A DNA stretch of 64,000 bases from Trypanosoma brucei (lineage: Eukaryota), in assembly GCA_000002445.1 (NCBI GenBank), contig CM000208.1:2592001-2656000 (forward strand), written 5' to 3'. The translations under genes were made by a program, and so were the position numbers. Shown piece by piece: positions 43,611-52,319 of this stretch. Below the pieces are notes generated by a model. It searched no databases and was not told the origin of the DNA. It saw only the letters and a program-made list of their open reading frames with translations. Within the stretch, counting starts at the first letter, position 1, and every line of letters starts with the position of its first letter.

Positions 43611-46600
43611 TGCCTCAGGCTGCGCAATGTCAAGCTCCTTTTGATCTTCAGGCTCAAGTGTCTGAATCACCTCAAGCTGCGCAATGTCAAGCTCCTTTTG
43701 ATCTTCAGGCTCGAGTGTCTGAATCACCTCAGGCTGCGCAATGTCAAGCTCCTTTTGATCTTCAGGCTCAAGTGTCTGAATCACCTCAGGCTGCGCAATG
43801 TCAAGCTCCTTTTGATCTTCAGGCTCGAGTGTCTGAATGACCTCAGGCTGCGCAATGTCAAGCTCCTTTTGATCCTCAGGTTCAAGTGTCTGAATCACCT
43901 CAGGCTGCGCAATGTCAAGCTCCTTTTGATCTTCAGGCTCGGGTGTCTGAATCACCTCAGGCTGCGCAATGTCAAGCTCCTTTTGATCTTCAGGCTCGAG
44001 TGTCTGAATCACCTCAGGCTGCGCAATGTCAAGCTCCTTTTGATCTTCAGGCTCAAGTGTCTGAATCACCTCAGGCTGCGCAATGTCAAGCTCCTTTTGA
44101 TCTTCAGGCTCGGGTGTCTGAATCACCTCAGGCTGCGCAATGTCAAGCTCCTTTTGATCTTCAGGCTCGAGTGTCTGAATCACCTCAGGCTGCGCAATGT
44201 CAAGCTCCTTTTGATCTTCAGGCTCAAGTGTCTGAATCACCTCAGGCTGCGCAATTTCAAGCTCCTTTTGATCTTCAGGCTCAAGTGTCTGAATCACCTC
44301 AGGCTGCGCAATGTCAAGCTCCTTTTGATCTTCAGGCTCGAGTGTCTGAATCACCTCAGGCTGCGCAATGTCAAGCTCCTTTTGATCTTCAGGTTCAAGT
44401 GTCTGAATCACCTCAGGCTGCGCAATGTCAAGCTCCTTTTGATCTTCAGGCTCGAGTGTCTGAATCACCTCAGGCTGCGCAATGTCAAGCTCCTTTTGAT
44501 CTTCCGGCTCAAGTGTCTGAATCACCTCAGGCTGCGCAATGTCAAGCTCCTTTTGATCTTCAGGCTCAAGTGTCTGAATCACCTCAGGCTGCGCAATGTC
44601 AAGCTCCTTTTGATCTTCAGGCTCAAGTGTCTGAATCACCTCAGGCTGCGCAATGTCAAGCTCCTTTTGATCTTCAGGCTCAAGTGTCTGAATCACCTCA
44701 GGCTGCGCAATGTCAAGCTCCTTTTGATCTTCAGGCTCAAGTGTCTGAATCACCTCAGGCTGCGCAATGTCAAGCTCCTTTTGATCTTCAGGCTCAAGTG
44801 TCTGAATCACCTCAAGCTGCGCAATGTCAAGCTCCTTTTGATCTTCAGGCTCAAGTGTCTGAATCACCTCAGGCTGCGCAATGTCAAGCTCCTTTTGATC
44901 TTCAGGCTCGGGTGTCTGAATCACCTCAGGCTGCGCAATGTCAAGCTCCTTTTGATCTTCAGGCTCAAGTGTCTGAATCACCTCAGGCTGCGCAATGTCA
45001 AGCTCCTTTTGATCTTCAGGCTCGAGTGTCTGAATGACCTCAGGCTGCGCAATGTCAAGCTCCTTTTGATCCTCAGGTTCAAGTGTCTGAATCACCTCAG
45101 GCTGCGCAATGTCAAGCTCCTTTTGATCTTCAGGCTCGGGTGTCTGAATCACCTCAGGCTGCGCAATGTCAAGCTCCTTTTGATCTTCAGGCTCAAGTGT
45201 CTGAATCACCTCAGGCTGCGCAATGTCAAGCTCCTTTTGATCTTCAGGCTCAAGTGTCTGAATCACCTCAGGCTGCGCAATTTCAAGCTCCTTTTGATCT
45301 TCAGGCTCAAGTGTCTGAATCACCTCAGGCTGCGCAATGTCAAGCTCCTTTTGATCTTCAGGCTCAAGTGTCTGAATCACCTCAGGCTGCGCAATGTCAA
45401 GCTCCTTTTGATCTTCAGGCTCAAGTGTCTGAATCACCTCAGGCTGCGCAATGTCAAGCTCCTTTTGATCTTCAGGCTCGAGTGTCTGAATCACCTCAGG
45501 CTGCGCAATGTCAAGCTCCTTTTGATCTTCAGGCTCAAGTGTCTGAATCACCTCAGGCTGCGCAATGTCAAGCTCCTTTTGATCTTCAGGCTCAAGTGTC
45601 TGAATCACCTCAGGCTGCGCAATGTCAAGCTCCTTTTGATCTTCAGGCTCGAGTGTCTGAATCACCTCAGGCTGCGCAATGTCAAGCTCCTTTTGATCTT
45701 CAGGTTCAAGTGTCTGAATCACCTCAGGCTGCGCAATGTCAAGCTCCTTTTGATCTTCAGGTTCAAGCTTTTTGAATGCAATTTTCTCTGTATGTTCACG
45801 CTCCTTTTTTTTGTTTTCTTGTGTGATTTCTTCTTGATGATCGTTTGTTTTTAATTTTTCTTTTTGTGGTTTATTTTCTTTTGGGAGTTGAACTTCTTGG
45901 GGATCTTGGTTTGTGGTCGAGTCCTGTTTTTTTAGTTGTGGTTGGTGCCACTGCTGCTGCTCGGCTGTTTCATGAGCGTGAGCAAAACTTTTTTTCGGGT
46001 CAAGTATTTTGGTGTTTTGAGGCAGTGATTGCCTTTTTTGATTTGCTTCTTTACATGTTTGTTTTTTACTAATTGTTTCAGTTAGTGGCGTTTGGGCACT
46101 GCTGATGCGTGCCTCCTTAGCTTTGAGGTATATCGTCCTTCTCTCCATTTCTTGAAGGATGTCACCTCTGTTGATTTGTTCATTTTTTTCCATTCGTTGG
46201 CGTAATTTGCCTTCATCTTCAACCACGCCAACTACCTTCTTTAGTTCATGAAACGCCTCTTGCAGTAGAAGGTATGACCTTCGCAGGTCTACCATGATTT
46301 CCATGTAACTGAAGTAATGCTTTGTGTCAAGTGCTATTCTTTCTTGTATATTTTTCTGATACTGCCTCTCAACAAGCCGTTGGCGCTGTTTGGCGTGCAT
46401 ATCCCTCAGAACTTGTCTGTGAGTTTCACTGCGCTGTTTGTCTTTAATATCCAACGTTTCGCGCGTTTTGGCACTTATGTGTTCATATTTTTCCTTTGAT
46501 ATTCGGTCAATAGTCTCCTGCACTTTTGGCAAGAGAGTATCGAGCATGCGGTCAATGCGGCGTAGGGTGCGGTTGCGTTCGTTTTCTTCCTTTTTCCGAA

Positions 46601-47138
46601 TCCTCGCAGAAACCTCCTTGTCTAACTCATGCTGTGTTTTGTCATGGTCGTATTTTGTTAGCACCTGCTGTAGGCGTGAAGACCGCCATAGTCTAATATT
46701 ACTGTCAATTTGCGCGATTTCCTCCTCAATTGAAGGACTGTCATTAACAATGTGTCGTTGACTAAAAAAAACAGAGTTTAACACAGGTTGCCCGGCATCA
46801 GGAAGGGACTTGCTCACCTCTGTATAAAACGTCATATCGTGCATTGCATCACTAACCAACAACCCCTTAGCCACATCATCTGCTGCTGCAGCGCCGGCGT
46901 ACACGGACGGTCCTTTCGGACGCCGGAAAGAGGAGAGGGGGAGATAATCCGGCTTTGAGGGTTTGGCAGGGATCTTCAATTGCTTGCTATCGACCTCTGT
47001 GCTGACTTGCTCCAGTAGTGGTTCTGCAACCGTCGACGTTGTTGTAGGTTGCTCCTTGGCCTGCTCCTGAGGCGATCTCCCCTCGCCTGGGGAATTATTA
47101 TACATTGCTACTGCTGTTGCTATTTTCCCCCTTTCCAC
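42189..47138 (-). CDS. N-terminal portion of the giant acidic tandem-repeat protein. It has a unique K/E/R-rich coiled-coil-like head of about 470 aa, then about 38 copies of a 19-aa repeat, then the ~29-33-aa repeat.
   Basis: 1649-aa ORF. The repeats are EPEDQKELDIAQPEVIQTL (57-nt units), switching to EGDIAVEA(L/V)EELEEPQQVPAEAQPEA... The premature end ...EAANLRVT* arises from a 1-nt deletion in a repeat unit. Confidence 0.65.
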   Translation of the reverse strand: MERGKIATAVAMYNNSPGEGRSPQEQAKEQPTTTSTVAEPLLEQVSTEVDSKQLKIPAKPSKPDYLPLSSFRRPKGPSVYAGAAAADDVAKGLLVSDAMHDMTFYTEVSKSLPDAGQPVLNSVFFSQRHIVNDSPSIEEEIAQIDSNIRLWRSSRLQQVLTKYDHDKTQHELDKEVSARIRKKEENERNRTLRRIDRMLDTLLPKVQETIDRISKEKYEHISAKTRETLDIKDKQRSETHRQVLRDMHAKQRQRLVERQYQKNIQERIALDTKHYFSYMEIMVDLRRSYLLLQEAFHELKKVVGVVEDEGKLRQRMEKNEQINRGDILQEMERRTIYLKAKEARISSAQTPLTETISKKQTCKEANQKRQSLPQNTKILDPKKSFAHAHETAEQQQWHQPQLKKQDSTTNQDPQEVQLPKENKPQKEKLKTNDHQEEITQENKKKEREHTEKIAFKKLEPEDQKELDIAQPEVIQTLEPEDQKELDIAQPEVIQTLEPEDQKELDIAQPEVIQTLEPEDQKELDIAQPEVIQTLEPEDQKELDIAQPEVIQTLEPEDQKELDIAQPEVIQTLEPEDQKELDIAQPEVIQTLEPEDQKELDIAQPEVIQTLEPEDQKELEIAQPEVIQTLEPEDQKELDIAQPEVIQTLEPEDQKELDIAQPEVIQTPEPEDQKELDIAQPEVIQTLEPEDQKELDIAQPEVIQTLEPEDQKELDIAQPEVIQTLEPEDQKELDIAQPEVIQTPEPEDQKELDIAQPEVIQTLEPEDQKELDIAQLEVIQTLEPEDQKELDIAQPEVIQTLEPEDQKELDIAQPEVIQTLEPEDQKELDIAQPEVIQTLEPEDQKELDIAQPEVIQTLEPEDQKELDIAQPEVIQTLEPEDQKELDIAQPEVIQTLEPEDQKELDIAQPEVIQTLEPEDQKELDIAQPEVIQTLEPEDQKELDIAQPEVIQTLEPEDQKELEIAQPEVIQTLEPEDQKELDIAQPEVIQTLEPEDQKELDIAQPEVIQTPEPEDQKELDIAQPEVIQTLEPEDQKELDIAQPEVIQTLEPEDQKELDIAQPEVIQTPEPEDQKELDIAQPEVIQTLEPEDQKELDIAQPEVIQTLEPEDQKELDIAQPEVIQTLEPEDQKELDIAQPEVIQTLEPEDQKELDIAQLEVIQTLEPEDQKELDIAQPEAAAPEGDIAVEAVEELEEPQQVPAEAQPEAQPEGDIAVEALEELEEPQQVPAEAQPEAQPEAAAPEGDIAVEAVEELEEPQQVPAEAQPEAQPEAAAPEGDIAVEALEELEEPQQVPAEAQPEAQPEGDIAVEAVEELEEPQQVPAEAQPEAQPEAAAPEGDIAVEALEELEEPQQVPAEAQPEAQPEAAAPEGDIAVEALEELEEPQQVPAEAQPEAQPEGDIAVEAVEELEEPQQVPAEAQPEAQPEAAAPEGDIAVEALEELEEPQQVPAEAQPEAQPEAAAPEGDIAVEALEELEEPQQVPAEAQPEAQPEGDIAVEAVEELEEPQQVPAEAQPEAQPEAAAPEGDIAVEALEELEEPQQVPAEAQPEAQPEAAAPEGDIAVEALEELEEPQQVPAEAQPEAQPEAAAPEGDIAVEALEELEEPQQVPAEAQPEAAAPEGDIAVEALEELEEPQQVPAEAQPEAANLRVT
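43610..45770. repeat. Tandem array of about 38 coding repeat units of 57 nt. Point variants include ctcaag/ctcgag/ctcggg and caatgt/caattt.
   Basis: Seen directly. Unit: ctcaggctgcgcaatgtcaagctccttttgatcttcaggctcaagtgtctgaatcac. Confidence 0.95.
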
Positions 47139-47451
47139 CCCCTTCTCGACTCCTTCTTTCCTATTTTCTACGCCTTGTACTGCGGGGGCTGATGTATATG
47201 TCTACTTACACTTGTTACTGAGGAGGTAGTAGGTGAGAGAGCGACCAATTTAGCAGCAGCACAAGCCGGGGTGCGTGGTTGTGGGCGCGTGGGTCACAAA
47301 GTGTAGGGAAATTATACACGTGTGCACACGAACGTGTACACATATATGCGGCCACCGTGTGAATGGAACTCGGTGTGTGTGTCTTCGCACGCAGGTGGGC
47401 AGCTTTTATTGTTAACGAATCTCCACCTCGTACTGGATATCAACACTGTCA

Positions 47452-49665
47452 CTAGTTTTCTTCACTGTCTGTGTTGGCTGCTGGATCGTCCCCGCCTGCG
47501 TTCGCCCCCTCCAGATTGGGATGAAACTCAGGAGTGAGGGAGACAACGGGCTCATGCGGATGAATACCATGCTTGAGGATAAAAACCTCCGGGTGCTGCT
47601 GCAAATACCCCAAAATACCTCCAGAACCTCGCCGTAAAATTGCACGCCGTAGCTCGCTGCTGATAAATTTTGGCAGGTGCGAAGGAAGCAGGTTTCGGGA
47701 TCTACAAACCGCCAACCGCGCTGCTACAAGAGACACCATGAATCGGAGTTGCTCTTCTGGGTCCGTCAAGAGTCGCTTGTGGTGCTCAGACGCTTGGCCA
47801 GAAACGGGGATATGGCTGGTGATGTTTATGTTCTGCTCGCACTCGCTTGATTCGTCCCCTTCTGGCGCGACTGGGGCCATGCGTTGGACACACAATTCCG
47901 GGGGGCATTCCACCAGACGGAACAAATGTGGGTATTTCCTGATCCACGTGCGAGAGCGTGCGTCGGTTATGCGGCGTATGTTTTCCGGGAGGAGCTGTGG
48001 TAGGTGACCTGTTACAATAAGGGTACCGTCTATGGGGAGAAGATCGAACACGTAGTACGCAAGGACGTCAGGATGGCAAAAAGGGGAAGGCCCCAGTTCG
48101 TGCAGAGCTATGCAACGCAGCAACAGACGTTTCCTGTCTATGAGGCGAACTCGTTTGTGATTTGGAAGCTTTTGCAAGCTCTTCGGTACCCATTCGTTCG
48201 TCTCCTCCAGTTCCTTTTTCAGCTCTTCGCATGTTTTCTCTTGGTAGAGGGCAGGTAAGCAGCGGGCCTTATCGAGCCAGAAACGCACTCCGACGATCCG
48301 GGATGAATCAATAGGGTCGTACTCAAAGTCGAGAATAGATTGTGCTGTTTCGGCATTCCCAACTTTTCCTGCTTTGCTTTCTTCCCCACCAATAGCGAGA
48401 ACAACTGCCAGTGGCTGTGTCAACCACTTCCCAGCTATCTCATCCAGCTCGGGCAGCTTTGTAAACGCTTCCGTGTGTAGAACGCGGCACAGGCGGTAGA
48501 GGTTATAATCCTCCACCAATTTATTTTCTGGGTTTGGGATGGCACGGAGCACGATGCGGCTGTAGGCAGCGGCGGAGGTAAAACATAGAAACAATGTAGT
48601 TTTCACCCGTGTATCCGGCGAAGAGTCTGAGGGTTGCGAGGCGTCACAACATTCGGGGCGTATCGCTTCAAGGGCGACCTTTGCCGTTTCGCCATTCAAC
48701 TCTGCCCAGCGAAAGGCATGAAGTCGCTGCCCCTCACTGCAATCCACCGTTGCCCGCTCAACACCAGCCACCATCTCACCACTCCAGGAAGTTGTGTTTT
48801 CAGTTAGTTTATGTGCTGTGTATTCCGCTACAAGCATCCACAACTGTATTCCAGAATTTGGCTTGAGCCACTCCTGCAAGACTCGTTCCATGCTCTCGAT
48901 AGATCTGCTCTCATTGCTGTTGGCCCGCCCTCCCCCTTCAGCACAATGTCCGCTAAATGTTGCAGCTCCGGTTCTACTCTGTATTATGTCTTCTAAGGGA
49001 AGAAAGAGACGAAACGATGTCCCTCCGCTTACCTCACCACCTACTTCTTGGATTAATTCAACGTATAAAATTCCGTTACCACCGCAGGAGAGCCGATACC
49101 GCGACGGAAACCCTTGCAAGTGACTCTTGAGACCATTTGGAAGGCTCTCAATCACCTCATCTGGGAGGAGCTTGGCTAGCTCCGTCAGAGGAACTACGCG
49201 GTTGTGTGCCACAAAGGGGAATACGGGATCAGTCCGCTCCTCCGCATCACCACAAGGGGTTTTGGGCACTCTTGAACGGACCGCCCTGTCCGCTGGCACC
49301 CCGTGGGGGAGAGTGTGCACAGCGAGGCACGCTAAGCGAAGAGACGTGGTCCGCAGCACGTCTTTGCGATCGCCATGCCTGTCAAACACGCTAAATGCGA
49401 CTTTCCGGCGTAAAGCCACAGAGAAAGAGCCCCCGTATCGGCTTGGAAGCAACCCACAACCCCTTGGAACAGGCACCCCCACAAAACATTTCCCAGTAAC
49501 CCTCATGCAGCCTTTACCTCCTGCTAAGTTACCTAATTTTTTTTTTTTTTGCTCCTTCGGTAGGTACCGCACTGCACTGTCCTTACCTCTTTCCAATTCC
49601 ACCTTATGCACCCCAGAGGGGGTGGGGGTTCTGTTATTGAAGGCGAGGGTAAGAAGAAGATACAC
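47452..49665 (-). CDS. Hypothetical protein, 737 aa.
   Basis: Long complete ORF on the cluster strand. No motif recognised. Confidence 0.5.
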   Translation of the reverse strand: MYLLLTLAFNNRTPTPSGVHKVELERGKDSAVRYLPKEQKKKKLGNLAGGKGCMRVTGKCFVGVPVPRGCGLLPSRYGGSFSVALRRKVAFSVFDRHGDRKDVLRTTSLRLACLAVHTLPHGVPADRAVRSRVPKTPCGDAEERTDPVFPFVAHNRVVPLTELAKLLPDEVIESLPNGLKSHLQGFPSRYRLSCGGNGILYVELIQEVGGEVSGGTSFRLFLPLEDIIQSRTGAATFSGHCAEGGGRANSNESRSIESMERVLQEWLKPNSGIQLWMLVAEYTAHKLTENTTSWSGEMVAGVERATVDCSEGQRLHAFRWAELNGETAKVALEAIRPECCDASQPSDSSPDTRVKTTLFLCFTSAAAYSRIVLRAIPNPENKLVEDYNLYRLCRVLHTEAFTKLPELDEIAGKWLTQPLAVVLAIGGEESKAGKVGNAETAQSILDFEYDPIDSSRIVGVRFWLDKARCLPALYQEKTCEELKKELEETNEWVPKSLQKLPNHKRVRLIDRKRLLLRCIALHELGPSPFCHPDVLAYYVFDLLPIDGTLIVTGHLPQLLPENIRRITDARSRTWIRKYPHLFRLVECPPELCVQRMAPVAPEGDESSECEQNINITSHIPVSGQASEHHKRLLTDPEEQLRFMVSLVAARLAVCRSRNLLPSHLPKFISSELRRAILRRGSGGILGYLQQHPEVFILKHGIHPHEPVVSLTPEFHPNLEGANAGGDDPAANTDSEEN

Positions 49666-50030
49666 TCAGACACATTCGCCCACGCGCATCCGCATATGCG
49701 CGTGACTGTGTGTTTGTGCGTGTTTTTTTTTCATATGTAAGCAGAGGGGAAACCAAACCGAGCCAGGGACAACCACGACGGCTCTATACGTTAATCAAAC
49801 GCAGCTATGAACAAGGGAAGGCAAACCTTAGTCACGTACGAAGGTAGTCCTTTCACTTGGACTTTATGTAATCCAGTGAAAAACGTGGGACTCTTTCCCC
49901 CTTCGGTTTATTCTCCTCCTCAGGGGGAGCGGAAGAAAATGAACCCGTGACAAGCGATAAAATTGTCGTAAACCAGCTCCAAAGGGCGGGATCTCGCGTT
50001 ACGACAAGGCGAAAAAAAAACGTGGGCGAG

Positions 50031-51737
50031 CTAAATCACCTCTGCTGCATGTTTCTTGTACCTTTCGACGATCCACTTTGTGCGCTGCTTCAGATCAACA
50101 ATGGGGCTGGGATAGGCCGATCCACCAACGATGCTGCCCCCAAGCGGTAGCTCCGTCTTTTCCTTTTTTATTCCGTTGCTTTCCTTCACAGTTCCTTGCA
50201 CTGTACCTAATGTGCCCTGGTCCGCTGGTCGCCCCTCCTTGCAAAACACATCCCACTTGTGTATCGTCCTCACAGACACATTCCGGAGCTCTGGCACCCA
50301 TTGTTTGATAAACACGGCCTGCGGATCGTGCTGAGCGGACTGGCGGAACGGGTTAAAGAAACGAAAATACGGCTGTGCATCAGCACCCTGGCCCGATGAC
50401 CAGAGCCAACCGCCGCTGTTATTAGCCACATCGTAGTCCACAGCGACGGTAGCGTACCACCGCTCACCTTCCCTCCAATCCACAAAGAGAACCTTCACAA
50501 GAAAATTGGCAATTAACATCCGGCAGCGGTTGTGACACCAACCCGTTTTCGTCAAACAGCGTACCGCAGCGTCCACAAGCGGGAATCCTGTGGCTCCGGA
50601 CTTGAACGCGGTAAATTCTGCGTCATTCCACTCCCACTGGAAATTAGAGTACTTCTCCAGAAACGGCTCATTGGCAAGCGTCGCACGACATTGTCGCTCA
50701 CCCTGAGGGGCAACGTCCATCTTTAGTTGCCCCAATGCCAGACGCGGGTTGTGATAGAGTAACATCGAATAGAACTCGCGCCAAATGAGTTGCCTAGTAA
50801 ATGCATGCTCCTTCCCCAAGTGTAGCAATGCAACCTGCATGGCCTCACGGATAGAGATGGTACCAAATTTTAAATGCGGACTTAAATGTGTCGTTTTGTC
50901 CCCCGGAATGTCGTCTCGGATGGCAGAATAATTTTTTGCCGATGCAACGCTTGCCAACCGTAGCAACCCTTCACTTCTTCCGCCCCTATCCACCAGTTCG
51001 GGAAAGGTTTGGGGAAGGGCTGCTAAATCAACGTAGTCAACCAGTGAAGAGAACTCATCCGCGGCCATGGCGCTCCTCCTTGCTTGATCTACAGTAGCTT
51101 TGACATCTTCCTTTACATGGGAACCGGTAAAAATATCACCGATGGTGGTGGCCTTAGGATTTGGCGCTTGTATGTCGCTGAAGTGCTCCTGTAGAACGGC
51201 ACGATAAAAAGGACTGAAGACACGGTACGGTTTTCCATTCTTGTTAGTTACTACATCCGGGGGGAGTAGTGTATAATCCATGTTGCTGGTGACACACCGT
51301 ACACCCCGTTTCACACACCATTCTTCGAGCTGAAGATCACGTTTACGTGCAAAAGGCGTAATATCGCGGTTAAAACCAAGCTGTTTGATGTCGTAACCAG
51401 AGGAACGAACCACCTCGAGACAGTCACAATCACTACCACGAAGACAAACTAGACGTCCACCAAGCTGAACAGTATCCAAATGTTTCAGTGATTGGCATAG
51501 GAACTCAAAGCAAGCCTTACCGAAATAAGGGTTCTTATCGGGGTCACACTGCCTTGGATTGAAAAAGAACAGGGGAATGACGGGTAGCGACTGTTTGCCA
51601 GCCCGTTCTATCAGCAGCAGCAGACCGGTGTTGTCAGTCACACGGAAATCTCGCCTAAAAATGAACACCGCTGCTGGGAGCGGTTGACTCGGGGTTCGCT
51701 GCCTCTTGACGGCGACAACACGACTCGGTACGTACAT
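50031..51737 (-). CDS. Deoxyribodipyrimidine (CPD) photolyase / cryptochrome-family flavoprotein, 568 aa.
   Basis: N-terminal photolyase alpha/beta domain (FRRDFRVTDNTGL...). C-terminal FAD-binding domain motifs: WREFY, TGFPLVDAAVRCL..TGWCHNRCRMLIANFLVK, DWREGERWY, DYDVANNSGGWLW, YFRFFNP. Confidence 0.88.
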   Translation of the reverse strand: MYVPSRVVAVKRQRTPSQPLPAAVFIFRRDFRVTDNTGLLLLIERAGKQSLPVIPLFFFNPRQCDPDKNPYFGKACFEFLCQSLKHLDTVQLGGRLVCLRGSDCDCLEVVRSSGYDIKQLGFNRDITPFARKRDLQLEEWCVKRGVRCVTSNMDYTLLPPDVVTNKNGKPYRVFSPFYRAVLQEHFSDIQAPNPKATTIGDIFTGSHVKEDVKATVDQARRSAMAADEFSSLVDYVDLAALPQTFPELVDRGGRSEGLLRLASVASAKNYSAIRDDIPGDKTTHLSPHLKFGTISIREAMQVALLHLGKEHAFTRQLIWREFYSMLLYHNPRLALGQLKMDVAPQGERQCRATLANEPFLEKYSNFQWEWNDAEFTAFKSGATGFPLVDAAVRCLTKTGWCHNRCRMLIANFLVKVLFVDWREGERWYATVAVDYDVANNSGGWLWSSGQGADAQPYFRFFNPFRQSAQHDPQAVFIKQWVPELRNVSVRTIHKWDVFCKEGRPADQGTLGTVQGTVKESNGIKKEKTELPLGGSIVGGSAYPSPIVDLKQRTKWIVERYKKHAAEVI

Positions 51738-52319
51738 ACCACCCTTGCCTTTGGGGGAGAGAAACGGGGTGCAGAAAATGTGTGTACAAACTCAAACGGA
51801 GACGCGCTAGCATGTAAGTGCCTCACAAACACGGTCTTTCACTTCCGATCGTTGGGGTGATCTGTGAAATATGTACCCTTGTGAGCCTGGTACAACTGTG
51901 CACCCGGGGGACTTTGCAGACGTCACAGGAACCTGCGACGGCGACATAGTTTATGTGAAACTATGTACGTACCGAATTGCGATTTCCGTTCAACCTCCCC
52001 AGCCAACACCTAACGGTAACGGTTGACAGACTGGGGGGGGGGGGGAACACCAGTCGAAAGCCGCTTTTGTCGTGGAAAGAAAGCGACGTACGACCAAAAG
52101 AAACAGCACCGTTTTGATCCTCCAACCGCGCACAGTTCCGTGGTGCCTAATTTTCCTGTGACATCCTTCGACCTGGGTAGAGGTTATAAGTGAAAAAGTT
52201 AGTGCCATTTAGATAGGGACGCACCATCACACCAATCCAGTGCCGCAAATTCATGCTTGTGAAGGGCTCTTTCGACAACCGGTTTTTTTTAGCCCAACTC
52301 CACACACCCCGCCTTCATG

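Noticed and set aside
39890-45770. Considered whether the regular ~57-nt and ~90-nt repeats could be a CRISPR-like array or satellite DNA.
   Set aside because: The units are contiguous with no unique spacers, keep an open reading frame continuous with a unique N-terminal coding head, and sit in a eukaryotic (kinetoplastid) context.
39889-45854. Very long plus-strand ORFs (1251, 1305 and 1957 aa) plus 383-aa and 230-aa ORFs, antisense to the giant repeat gene.
   Set aside because: They arise because a low-complexity tandem repeat is open in several frames. Their products are Cys/Leu/Arg repeats with no start context, and they run opposite to the otherwise uniform minus-strand gene order. The minus-strand frame gives a coherent protein with a unique N-terminal head.
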